NCBI RefSeq assembly: GCF_006345805.1
Contig: NC_042998.1
Coordinates: forward strand, 203,236,001-203,300,000
From: Octopus sinensis
Lineage: Eukaryota
Reading direction: 5' to 3'
Length of the DNA: 64,000 bases
Below are positions 1 through 11,145 of this stretch, piece after piece (within the stretch, counting starts at the first letter, position 1; each line of letters begins with the position of its first letter). The position numbers and the translations under genes were made by a program. The notes beneath the pieces were generated by a model. The model was not told the origin of the DNA, did no database searches, and saw only the letters and a list, made by a program, of their open reading frames with translations.

Positions 1-132
1 CCCGCACAGAAACCTTGGAGTAAGACTAAATTCTCTGCAGTTATTTTATTATTTTATTTTTTTATTTAGTTTCTTTTCAATGAACTAATTAAGAACGGTC
101 GACAAACATAATCACCACACCACCAAATATAC

Positions 133-166
<34 letters not shown>

Positions 167-174
167 TATTCGAA

Positions 175-360
175 TTTTTCAGTTATTAGACTTCGGCCAT
201 GCTGGAGTAGCGCCTTGAAGCTTTAGTCGAATGAATTGACCCCCAGAACTTATTTTCTAAGGCCTGCTACCTATTCTGTCGGTTTCTTTTGCCGAACCGC
301 TACGTTACAGGGACGTAAACACACCAACACCGGTTACCAAGCTGTGGTGGAGGACAAACA
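175..360 (-). mobile_element. SINE family A, 3' half
   Basis: Reverse complement of the family-A tail. Confidence 0.75.
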
Positions 361-457
361 ACGATACATACACAGGCATATAGTCAATTATGTGGATAAA
401 CAAATTAAATATTACAACTTAGGTTTAATGCACTATATATATATTGGTTTTTTTTAC

Positions 458-493
<36 letters not shown>

Positions 494-497
494 ACAT

Positions 498-536
<39 letters not shown>

Positions 537-543
<7 letters not shown>

Positions 544-1055
544 AGCAGCAGGTTGCAGTGTTTCACTAAAAAGAAGGATCATAATTGTCGCTAAATGTGA
601 CTGGGGTGTTAAAAAAACACCTACATTGCTAGAAATAAGAGCTAAAATGCTCTAAAGTTGTAGTTAATGTTCACGAAAACATATACACTAACAGGGACCA
701 TAATAGTCCGGAAAATGTCGACCGAGAATTCTTAAGAGTGACGTCAGTTTCGGCAATTTCCGTTGCCTCATCAGTTAAACCAGCTCAATGTTCGGCCTTT
801 TCCGGACCTATTTCTCTGTTTTAATGGATGAGGCAACAGAAACTGACATCAGTCTTAATTCTTGTTCGACATTTTTCGGACAATTAAGGTCCCTGCTAGT
901 ATATATGTTTTCATTAATGTGCGTTAACTACAGCGTTGGAGCATTTTAGCTCTTATTTCTAGCAATGTAGGTGTGTTTTCTAACACCTGAGTCATGTTTA
1001 GTGACAATTAGAATTCTCCATTTTGGTGACACATTGCAACCTGCTGCTTATATTA
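537..1055. mobile_element. Foldback MITE with ~230-bp imperfect inverted arms
   Basis: taatataagcagcaggttgca at the left end is mirrored at the right end. Internal 32-bp perfect match ctacattgctagaaataagagctaaaatgctc vs its reverse complement at ~939-970. Confidence 0.85.
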
Positions 1056-1576
1056 ATTTCACATGTAAACATTAGCGAATCGCTAAATCATCCATTAATT
1101 TGGATGATAAAAACCTATTTTAGTAATGGCAAGGTTTATGATATCGGAGGAAATCTCTTCTTTTTTCATCAACTTTTTCTTGTTCTTTATGTAGTTCAGA
1201 CTTTCAGTAGGCGAAGAGAAAAGACTTCAAATACATCAGCTATTTACAACTGGTTTATTTACAGGGAAGGTGAAGTGTGCTGCTCTCAGCTACCATCATA
1301 AGCTCCGAATAGTGCGGGTGCGTTGCCCCTGGAGATAGGCAGGCAGAAAGCGCTGCTGCCTGTGTTGGTGTTCAGCCAATGCTGCTCTTTAACGGCGCCA
1401 AAAGAGGCTGGTCTGAATCGGTTTCCCGTTTATATAGTTTTCTCCATCGCGAGCCTCGTTGTGATGTCGCGCATGGCAAATGGATGCAGGTGAGGTCTCG
1501 CTCCAGTCTCGAAGATGGCAATGGCTGCCGCGAGATCTCATCCAATATGGCGCTGGCTGTTTGTGCCGCTACAATA

Positions 1577-1973
1577 TCTTTATATATAAAAGTGAAGTTG
1601 TGTGTCTGTCTACTCCGATTTAGATTCCTAACTACTCCCACATTTTGCGGTGCAGTTTAACCAAAAGCGAGTATCTTATAGTCGTGATTCATATCGAGCC
1701 GATCTGGGTATTAGCGCGCGTCTACGATGAGTCAACGATTTTAAAAATAATTTACCATCATCTTTTTCCATTTTAATGCATATTTTTTTTTAAATATAAG
1801 GGAAGTAATTCTCTAAAAATGTCTACGATGAGTCAACGATTTAAAAAAAAATTTACCATCATATTTTTTCCATTTTTAATGCATTTTTTGGCTATTTTTT
1901 GGCTATAACTCTCTAAAAATGCTTTATAGTTATTTCCCTTACAAACCCGAGCAACGCCGGGCGATACTGCTAG
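1577..1973 (+). mobile_element. Non-autonomous Helitron
   Basis: A|TC 5' end, subterminal hairpin cccgagcaacgccggg, CTAG|T 3' end; homologous copies at 5275 and 54163. Confidence 0.85.
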
Positions 1974-2558
1974 TATATACTAATAGAGAAACAGGTCCGG
2001 AAAAGGTCGAGCACCGAGCTCGCTTAACCACGGTGTATGTGTAACGCGGTTGGCTGAAACCAACAATGGAATCTGTTGAGCGTTTCTTTGCGCGGCAAAG
2101 AAACACATCATACTTTAGGCTGACAAACTGGAAAAAATTGACAACAGAAACAAGGAACAATAATGGCTGTGTTGACGGGATCTCATATATAGGTGTGTGC
2201 CTTTGACTGTACCAGGTGTTTGGTCAACGGAAATATGAGTGGACAAGTGGTGTAGAAATACTGATAGTATTGTTGAATCCAGAGGAACACTGTGGGATCA
2301 GGCTGAGCTTTCAATTCTTAAATTCATTCTTGAGTTTGTATGTATGTGTGTGTATGTGTGCTTAAATCCGTATTTTAACAGCAAGCTAATTAGCATTTTA
2401 CGACATTAAGCTTTTTATTTATAAATCGAAAGTCTAACCCTTTCATCAACCTGACGTCGATAGTACCGACTTAACTCCACACTCTCTCCAAAACTGGTAG
2501 CTTTGTGCTTAAAGCTGTGGTAATTATTGTTGCTTTTAATAAATTCAGTCTAAAAGTA

Positions 2559-2754
2559 CAGTAACCCCTCGACTATCGCGGATGTTCCGTTACAAAACCT
2601 CTCACGGAAATAATCTAAATCTAAAATCCTATCCGCCGCAGAAACCCGCGATATACTGAGGAGTCCGTGATATAAATTTACATATATTAGTCAGAAAATT
2701 CAGCGATGTACTAAGTGCACGATAGGTGAACCGAGATATGGCGAAGGAGCGCTG
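2559..2754. mobile_element. Tc1/mariner (Tigger/pogo-like) MITE
   Basis: TA TSD at 2557-58 and 2755-56; imperfect TIRs cagtaacccctcgactatcgcg / cgagatatggcgaaggagcgctg. Confidence 0.75.
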
Positions 2755-2916
2755 TAATTTGAAATTGAACACCAACTTGATTCAAGTATGAATGTGAACG
2801 TCCAGTGCAGACAAGAAAAACCATCACCATTAGGGAAGTGAATTAAGGCGTGTGGTCGCTTTTTTTCTTTCTCTCATATATATGTATGTGTGTGTATGTA
2901 TATGTGTGTGTGTGAA

Positions 2917-3257
2917 AGGAGTGGCTGTGTGGTAAGTAGCTTGCTTACCAACCACATGGCTCCGGGTTCAGTCCCACTGCGTGGCACTTTGGGCAAGTGT
3001 CTTCTACTATAGCCTCGGGCCGACTAAAGACTTGTGAGTGGATTTGGTAGATGGAAACTGAAAGAAGCCCGTCGCATATATATATGTGTGTGTTTGTTCC
3101 CCCAACATCGCTTGGTAACCGATACTGGTGTGTTTACGTCCTCGTAACTTAGCGGTACTAGGCTTACAAAGAATAAGTCCTGGGGTTGATTTTCTCGACT
3201 AAAGGCGGTGCTCCAACATGGTCACAGTCAAATGACTGAAACAAGTAAAAGAGTAAA
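2917..3257 (+). mobile_element. tRNA-derived SINE family A
   Basis: Head aggagtggctgtgtggtaag...gggttcagtccc (A/B box-like), internal microsatellite, tail ggtgctcca..atgg..cagtcaaatgactgaaacaagtaaaagag. Confidence 0.9.
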
Positions 3258-3695
3258 TGTATACGGGTATATAATATGTATATGTGTGTGTGTGTGTGTG
3301 TGTGCGTGTAGACGGAATAGAAAGCATATATTTTCATTAATATCGATCATCAGTGCAAGTTGATTCTACCCGGATGTACTGCCATGGTTCGAGTTTAACG
3401 ATCTGTTATTGACCTTTTAGTTACTGTGGATATATCTTTAGTGTTTATGCAGCAGTTATGTGTGTGTGTAGCTAACTACGTAGGCATTGATTGCTATCTT
3501 TTATCACAAGATACCAGTTTGGCAAATGACGACAGAACGCAGTCTGAAGGAAACAGTTTGCTTGGTCAACAAACTTTAGTTGTAACTCCAAGAGAGTTGC
3601 AACGACCACTGAGAATAAATTCAAGCAAAGAATATTAAAACTGCATTACAGAATGGCAGCCAAACCACATCCAAATATTAAAATCCTAAAAGTTA

Positions 3696-3699
<4 letters not shown>

Positions 3700-3728
<29 letters not shown>

Positions 3729-4023
3729 ATCGCTCACCAATTAACTCTCAGGATACGCTTTGGTTTAATCCACCTTATAATCTCTCTCCCTCTCCCCCCT
3801 CTCTCGTCCCTCTCTCCCTCCTCTCTCTCTCTCTCCTCTCTCCCCTCCTCTCTCTCTCCCCCTCTCTCCCCTCCTCTCTCTCTCCCTCTCCCTCCCCCTC
3901 TCTCGTCCCTCTCTCTCCTCTCTCCCCTCCTCTCTCTCTTTCTCTCCCTCTCTCCACCTCTCTTCCCCTCTCTCCCCTCATCTGTCTCTGTCTCTTCTCT
4001 CTCCTCTCCTCTCTCTCTCTCTC
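3700..4023. repeat. (CT/CC) polypyrimidine microsatellite tract
   Basis: Direct observation. Confidence 0.95.
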
Positions 4024-4679
4024 AGCGATTCGAAATATCTTACTCAATAAAGCGAAGAACTGGCAAAACCGTTAGGGTATAATGGTAAATATTTTTTTAC
4101 TCTATTTGTTTCAACTTTTTGCTTTCTGAGTTCAAATCCCGCAGATGCCTTTAAATTTTTTCACGGTCGATAAAATAAAGTATAAATCCAGGGCAGTAAT
4201 TGGTGAAATTGTTGGAGAGTTGGGAGAAATACCTTGTGGTATTTGTCCCGTGTCTTTATGTTCTGGGTTCAAATCCAACCATGGTCCACTTGTGCAGACT
4301 TAATCCGTCCCCTGTTTAACACCACCATCTCGTCCTTTGATGCTCTTAACAGAATCTGCTCTGATGCAAATATTAGGGGTAGGTCTCTGACCTGAGGATA
4401 ATTTCACTTCTTCCGCCTCTCTCTCGAAGGCCCCAATAAAATAATGAGTCGCGGACAAAGCCCGTCCCTCTCAAACTAAGAGGTAAAAAGAAATTCTATG
4501 CTAAAAACCTGATCGGCGATGTTGATTTGATGCTGTAAATACTTATTTTTGATGTTAAATAAAGACGAATAAACTTTTACATCAGGGTCTTCTTATGTAT
4601 AAAGTTATAAAGTTTTAGGAAGGCGGAGTTCGAAACACACACATACACACACACACACACACACATACCTTTTCTCTTT

Positions 4680-4916
4680 TGGCTTTCAGTCGTTGGACTG
4701 TCGAACTTCGAAGTGCCGGGGACGTAAATAAACACCACCAGTTATCAAGCGACATACACGACACGATTCCACACAGCTTCCATCTGCCAAATTCTTTCAG
4801 AAGGCATGGGTCGGCCCGGAGCTATGGTGAAAGACACTTGCCCAAGGTGCGGTGCAGTGAGACTGAACTCCAAACCACTTAATTACAAAGCGGGTTTCTT
4901 AACCACGCAGCCATGC
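4680..4916 (-). mobile_element. SINE family A, degraded
   Basis: Reverse complement of the head and part of the body. Confidence 0.65.
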
Positions 4917-5093
4917 ATACACACAAATTATATATGAGTGTGTGTGTATGGTTATACGCACTTATGTACATTCAGACATGTATATATTTCCATGCAGGTT
5001 ATCGTGGGTTAAAGCCAGCCGTTCGAACTGCTCATCCGGCAAATATGAGAAAGAAAACACAAAATCCTATACATTCGCTCTCCCTTTCTCTTT

Positions 5094-5177
<84 letters not shown>

Positions 5178-5274
5178 TAATGATACGTAATTATGCATGG
5201 ATTAATTATTAAGTGGAAATATAAATATATAAACATAAGCAGTTTGCAGTTATATATTTGACATATATGTATTA

Positions 5275-5573
5275 CTAGCAGTATCGCCCGGCGTTGCTCG
5301 GGTTTGCAAGGGAAAAAACTATATAAGCATTTTTAGAGAGTTACTTCCCTTATATAATAGCGAAAAAAATGCATTAAAATGGAAAAAATGATGGTAAATT
5401 TTTTTTTTAAATCGTAGACTCATCATAGACGCGCGCTAATACCCAGAAGGGCTCGATATGAATCACGACTATAAGATACCCGGTTTTGGTTAAACTGCAC
5501 CGCAAAATGTGGGAGTAGTTAGGAATCTAAATCGTAGGAGACAGACACACAACTTGACTTTTATATATAAAGA
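5275..5573 (-). mobile_element. Non-autonomous Helitron (same family, shorter variant)
   Basis: Reverse complement of the 1577 element with intact TC and CTAG termini at an AT site. Confidence 0.85.
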
Positions 5574-5582
5574 TTTCTGAGT

Positions 5583-5615
<33 letters not shown>

Positions 5616-6280
5616 GACACACACACAAATAATGAAGAACTGGTAAAGTACAACTCCATCTATGAAGTAAGTGTAGGGTGAAGTAATTTCATAAAATGAT
5701 CTATTCTTGTTTTGTGTGAAGTGTTGGTAGGTAGGTAGGTAGAAGCGAAAAGTCCCAAACAGTGCTCAATGCCGTTAGGTGAGGTTTGTTCAGACACAGT
5801 ATCGAGTCTGATGGTCAGGAAAGCGAAACTCTAATAATCATGTGGCAGCTGCAATAACTGATATACGATTCTTAAACAAGAATTGTGTTGACAGGGACTT
5901 CGAGGTTTCGACCAGTTAATCCGAACTCGGGCTGCCATTTATTGAAGTTAATCTTGGCTTTATATAGTTTCTGTTGAGTTCAAATATCGTTCTCTTCGAT
6001 GTGTAGGGTTGAGTGAAGTGATAATTCGGTTTTAGAATGGGTTCATTGATTAAATTTGGAGATGTTACTGTTTAGAACAATCCGACGATGTCTTAACTGG
6101 CCAAAATTTCTAAATCACGGTCAAAAATATTTTTGTTTAAGAATAATAAATTTGTACATCGCAAAAGTATGGAGTAACCCATCAGATTAATGTAAAATTT
6201 TTATTATAACTGAACTTAAAAACAAAGATATATAAATGTTTGTCTTTATGTTCAGTAAAAGATTTATATATATATTTTAT

Positions 6281-6318
<38 letters not shown>

Positions 6319-6415
6319 ATAAAATCTTTATAAGAATTTATCAAGTAGTCAGCGTGAAAAACTTCATAAGGGAAAAATTCATAATTATTCCCTTTTAAAT
6401 ATATTTGTTTATATT

Positions 6416-6592
6416 AAGGGCATTACTACACGTAAATGTCTCACGCTTTGAAGGGCTCTTAAAGCCAAAACCACCATAATGAATACAGTAGTGTAACGAA
6501 CACGAGGGAATGCAAATCTTGAACCGAACTCTTATGGTAGTTTTGATTTTAAGAGTACCTCAAAGCGTGAGGCATTTACGTGCAGTAATGCC

Positions 6593-6595
<3 letters not shown>
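6416..6595. repeat. 64-bp inverted repeats with 52-bp spacer
   Basis: aagggcattactacacgtaaatgtctcacgctttg... vs ...caaagcgtgaggcatttacgtgcagtaatgccctt. Confidence 0.85.
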
Positions 6596-6634
<39 letters not shown>

Positions 6635-6726
6635 TTGGAATTTACAAAAAGAAAAAACTAAAAACGGAGTCTGGTGTGTAAATAACAAACAGATGTATTA
6701 GTTTAACGCTCGGGAAGTGAGAAAGT

Positions 6727-6762
6727 CTTTTACGTTTCGAGCCTACGCTCTTCAACAGAAAG
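6727..6762 (-). ncRNA. Variant minimal hammerhead motif (core CUGUUGA)
   Basis: Minus strand reads cttt-CTGTTGA-a-gagc(gtag)gctc-GAA-ACGT-A-aaag, with a palindromic ACGT stem III. Confidence 0.45.
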
Positions 6763-7187
6763 GAACACAGAAATAAGTAGGGAGAGAAAATAGAAAGAGG
6801 TTTAGTAGCTAGCGATCAATCATGGTAAATATATATCAAAAGGATCTGTTATGATACTATTCTACAGCCATACCAGCAATCCAACATGCCTCCATCATCA
6901 GCTGCCCCACGGATATCATGATGGTTTCGACAAGTTATATAGTTTTTATGTTCACATATAGTTTAAACATATAACTAAAGAAATAAGTACTCGTACATTT
7001 GTCAACAGAGTGGATATTTCATAAATAATAATACATATTAAAATGGAATTATTATACAGAATTAGCCATTAGGAGGATGCAGTATTCTATAAATTATATA
7101 AAAAGGAAGAAGGTATTGAACCAGTGTTTCCTTGGGTGAAACCATCCCTTCATGAGGCTAACACAACCTCTAGCTGAATCATATATA

Positions 7188-7585
7188 GACGCAGACGTGA
7201 TTGCGTGGTAAATAGCTTGCTTACCAACCACATGATTCCGGGTTCAGTCCCACTGCGTGACACCGTGGGCAAGTGTCTTCTACTATAGGCTGGCCAAAAC
7301 CTAGTGAATGGATTGGTAGACGGAAACTGAAAGAAGCCCGTCGTATGTATATGTGCGTGTGTGTGTGCGTGTGTGTGCGTGCACCTGTTTGTTCCCCGGC
7401 ATCGCTTGACAACCGATGTTGGTGTGTTTACGTCTCCGTAACTTAGTGGCTCGGCAAAAGATACCAATAGAATGAGTTCTATGCTTTAAAGAAAAAGTAC
7501 GGCGGTTAATTAATTCGACTAAAATCTCTCCAGGTGGTGCTCCAGCATTGCCGCAGTTTAATGACTGAAACAAGTAAAAAGATAA
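7188..7585 (+). mobile_element. SINE family A
   Basis: Full head, body and tail homology. Confidence 0.88.
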
Positions 7586-7959
7586 ACTAACAAATCGGTT
7601 GTGAGTTCAAGCTATGGTTAAGTCTAGTTCCAGATGAGTTTCGCTCGTATTTATTATCGTTTCTTTGTACAGAACAGCTTCAATGATTGGTGATGAACGG
7701 AGAAAGAAAGTGGGGGTTGCGGTCGATGTTGTTTGATGTTGGTCACGGCGTTAAGAAAAACATGCAGTTATGCCTGGATGGCTTCATTAACGAGACCTTT
7801 TCATTGACATGTCCGCAGTTCCTGTTGCAAACAAATATTTATTATGCTCTTAAAACCATAACACTTGTCTTTTCAATCAATCCATCTTTCTAGTCAGCCA
7901 CTTAGAAATCTATCCATCCATTTACACTTCTGTCGGCCCACAGATCTATATCTCACAAT

Positions 7960-8208
7960 TCATCTTTCTTTTCCTTCCTTTCTTTCTGTCTTTCTTTTCC
8001 TTCTTTCTTCCTTTCCTTCTTTCTTCCTTTCCTTCTTTCCTTCTTTCCTTCCTTTCCTTCTTTATTTCTTTCCTTCCTTTCCTTCTTTATTTCCTTTTCT
8101 TCCTTCCCTTCCTTCTTCCTTTCTTTCTTCTCTCTCTCTCTCTCTCTCTCTAGATCACTTTATCTTCCTTTTACTTTACCTCTCCCTCTGTCTATGCGGT
8201 CACCCATC

Positions 8209-8264
<56 letters not shown>

Positions 8265-8558
8265 CCTTTCACTCCCTCTCTCGCCCTCCATGCGGTCACC
8301 CATCTGTCTCTCTCTCTCTATCTAACTTCCTTTCACTTTCCCTCTCTCTCTCTGTCTATGCAGCCACCCATATCTCTCTCTTTCTCTCTCTTTCTCTCTC
8401 TCTTTCTCTCTCTCTTCCTTCTTTCTTCTCTCTCCTCTCTTTTCTCTCTCTTTCTCTCTCGCTCCCTTTCTCTCTTCTTTCTTTTCTTTCTCTCTCTTTT
8501 TTCTCTCTCTCCTCTCTCTCTCTTTCTCTCTATCTTTTTCTTTTTCTCTTTTTTCTCT

Positions 8559-8602
<44 letters not shown>
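7960..8602. repeat. Compound (CTTT)/(CT)/(CTAT) tract
   Basis: Direct observation. Confidence 0.95.
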
Positions 8603-8605
<3 letters not shown>

Positions 8606-8967
8606 GAGTCTCAGAATCTTTTCAATAAGGAAAAGAAAAGAAGCTTTTTTTCCTTTTCGCCCGCTAGGCGTCAGCACTGAATAAGCAAAGCCTGTCGTCT
8701 GCTTTTTTTTCCCATTCAGTTATTTATTTGTTTCTGTATTTATTCTTTATTTATTGACTTATTTATTTTCATTTGAGCATTCCGTCATTGAATCTGGTGA
8801 AATAAGTGTTGTTTCGAATGAGTTTTTATTAAATTTGCAATCTTCATTCTGTTGGTGACGTGACCCGTGAAACGCTGACGATGAGGAGTCATCGACCACA
8901 ATATAACAACATGGACGCCTCTCTCCTTCTTCTCCCATCGCTCTCCAGGACTCGACCCGTAACCACC

Positions 8968-9001
<34 letters not shown>

Positions 9002-9414
9002 CAAACAACAATAGCATCAACAGCATTTAAAAATACAGCAATAACAACAAAGAATAATTTCAAGAATATGACCGAAAACAACAAACAAAACGCGATAACG
9101 GCAATGGAGGTTTACAGGCATGAAAAATAAGCTTTTTTTACATCATATTCCGGTCGTTCGAGCGGTGTTGGTGGTGGTGGCTGTCGTAGTACTTCTAGTG
9201 TTGTGAGCGGTAGTGTTATAATAGTGGCCTTTATTGTAATCATTGTTGTGCGAACAGAAAAACAGTGATAATGCCTGATCAAATTCCTTTTTTTTTTTTC
9301 CTTTTTTTTTAATCGCTACTTCAATACCTGAACATCCTAAGTTCAAATCCTGACGACGTCGTTTTTCTTGATATATAAAAGTTGTACACCACTTCAAACA
9401 ATATTTATATATTA

Positions 9415-9640
9415 CTAGCAGTATCGCCCGGCGTTGCTCGGGTTTGTTTCGACCCTTTAGAATTAGAATTTTTGAAAAGTAAAAATTTTGCATTATGTAG
9501 CTTGTTATTCTCTTTAAGTGAACATTTTTCTCGTTGAAATACACCGAAAAATGGCGACACAGCAGTTAAAAAATCGTAAAAAATAGGGATTTTCATAGAA
9601 AAAAAGCACCTTTTTGATGTAAATAACTTTTGGTCATTCC
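9415..9640 (-). mobile_element. Helitron 3' terminus with a different body
   Basis: Identical actagcagtatcgcccggcgttgctcgggtttg to 5274-5306, then unrelated sequence. The 5' end was not located. Confidence 0.55.
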
Positions 9641-9881
9641 CGGTAGGAAATTTGTATAGAATAATATATAAACATCTGGATGGACTCATATTAAACTCTG
9701 TTGGACTTTTGGATTTTACTCAAAGGATATTGGAATATTACACATATATACCATTATGCCTATAAAACGGATTTATGAACTCAATAACCATATATATCTT
9801 ACATCTATTTTCTTTCCTCCACCTCACTCTCAATATATATCACATCGAAACTAACTATGACTTAACTTTTCCTCTCGCATC

Positions 9882-9932
9882 ATCTCCGATGAAGGAATAT
9901 TATTATTAGTATCCTAGAAACAGCTGTAAGAC
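9882..9932 (+). ncRNA. Degenerate hammerhead motif, same family as 28640
   Basis: atct-CCGATGA-...-GAAACAGCTGTA-AGAC; core U4 replaced by C and a stem I mismatch. Confidence 0.4.
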
Positions 9933-10155
9933 CTGTCTATAAATGCTCTAATATCTATACAGCCTTGGGTTTTTTTTTATCTCTTTACGCAAAAAATTCA
10001 TATATACACACGCTGACATAGAACCAAAGTTGAACCCCTTATTCGCAATATTACCGAATCTGGAACTTAACTATGGTCTGTCTATAGCACATATTCAGCG
10101 TTACTTGACACTTTTGGGTCTCATTGACACCATTATCTTATCTGATATATATATA

Positions 10156-10556
10156 GGCACAGGAGTGGCTGTGTGGTAAGTAGCTTGCCTACCAACCACA
10201 TGGTTCTGGGTTCAGTCCTACTGCGTGGCATCTTGGACAAGTGTCTTCTGCTATAGCCTCGGGCGGACCAATGCCTTGTGAGTGGATTTGGTAGACGGAA
10301 ACTGAAAGAAGCCTGTCGTATATATGTATATATATATATATGTATGTGTATGTATATGTTTGTGTGTCTGTGTTTGTCCCTCTAGCATTGCTTGACAACC
10401 GATGCTGGTGTGTTTACGTCCCCGTAATTTAGCGGTCCGGCAAAAGAGACCGATAGAATAAGTACTGGGCTTACAAAGAAAAGGGGTCGATTTGCTCGAC
10501 TAAAGGCGGTGCTCCAGCATGGCCGCAGTCAAATGACTGAAACAAGTAAAAGAGTA
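10156..10556 (+). mobile_element. SINE family A
   Basis: Full-length, near-consensus copy. Confidence 0.92.
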
Positions 10557-10589
10557 ATATATATATAAATATATATATATAAATATATC

Positions 10590-10635
<46 letters not shown>

Positions 10636-10774
10636 ACTGAAGGACTATTCTCTTCTTCTAAATAGAGAGTATATATTCAATAAGCTTTTACAAAGACAAA
10701 TTGACAGTGATTTCGAAGTTTCGACTCGCTCACCTTCATCAGATTGTAGGTAGTTAGGTAGGTAGGTAGGTAGA

Positions 10775-11145
10775 TCTTTTACTTGTTTCAGCCATTACAC
10801 CGCGGCTATGCTGGGGCATCGCTTTGAAGAATTTTTAGTCGAATGAATCAACCCCAGTCCTTTTTTAAGGCTGGTACTTATTGAATCGATCCATTTTGCT
10901 GAACCGTTAGGCTGCGGGGACGTAAACAAACCAACACTGGTTGTCAAGCGGTGATGAACACACACACTCACACGCACATGTACGACGGGCTTCTTTCAGT
11001 TTCCGTGTACCAAACCTACCCAGAAGGCTTTGGTCGACCCAAGGCTATAGTAAAAGACACTTGCTCAAGGTGCCACACAGTGGGACTGAACCCGGAACCA
11101 TGTGGTTGGGAAACAAACTCTGTCCCACACCGTCACGCCTGCGCC
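10775..11145 (-). mobile_element. SINE family A
   Basis: Full-length reverse copy; forms an inverted pair with 10156-10556. Confidence 0.88.

Noticed and set aside
7865-8684. S/L/F-rich and E/R-rich ORFs, also at 3653-4075 and 23023-23923
   Set aside because: They are translations of (CT)/(GA) tracts.
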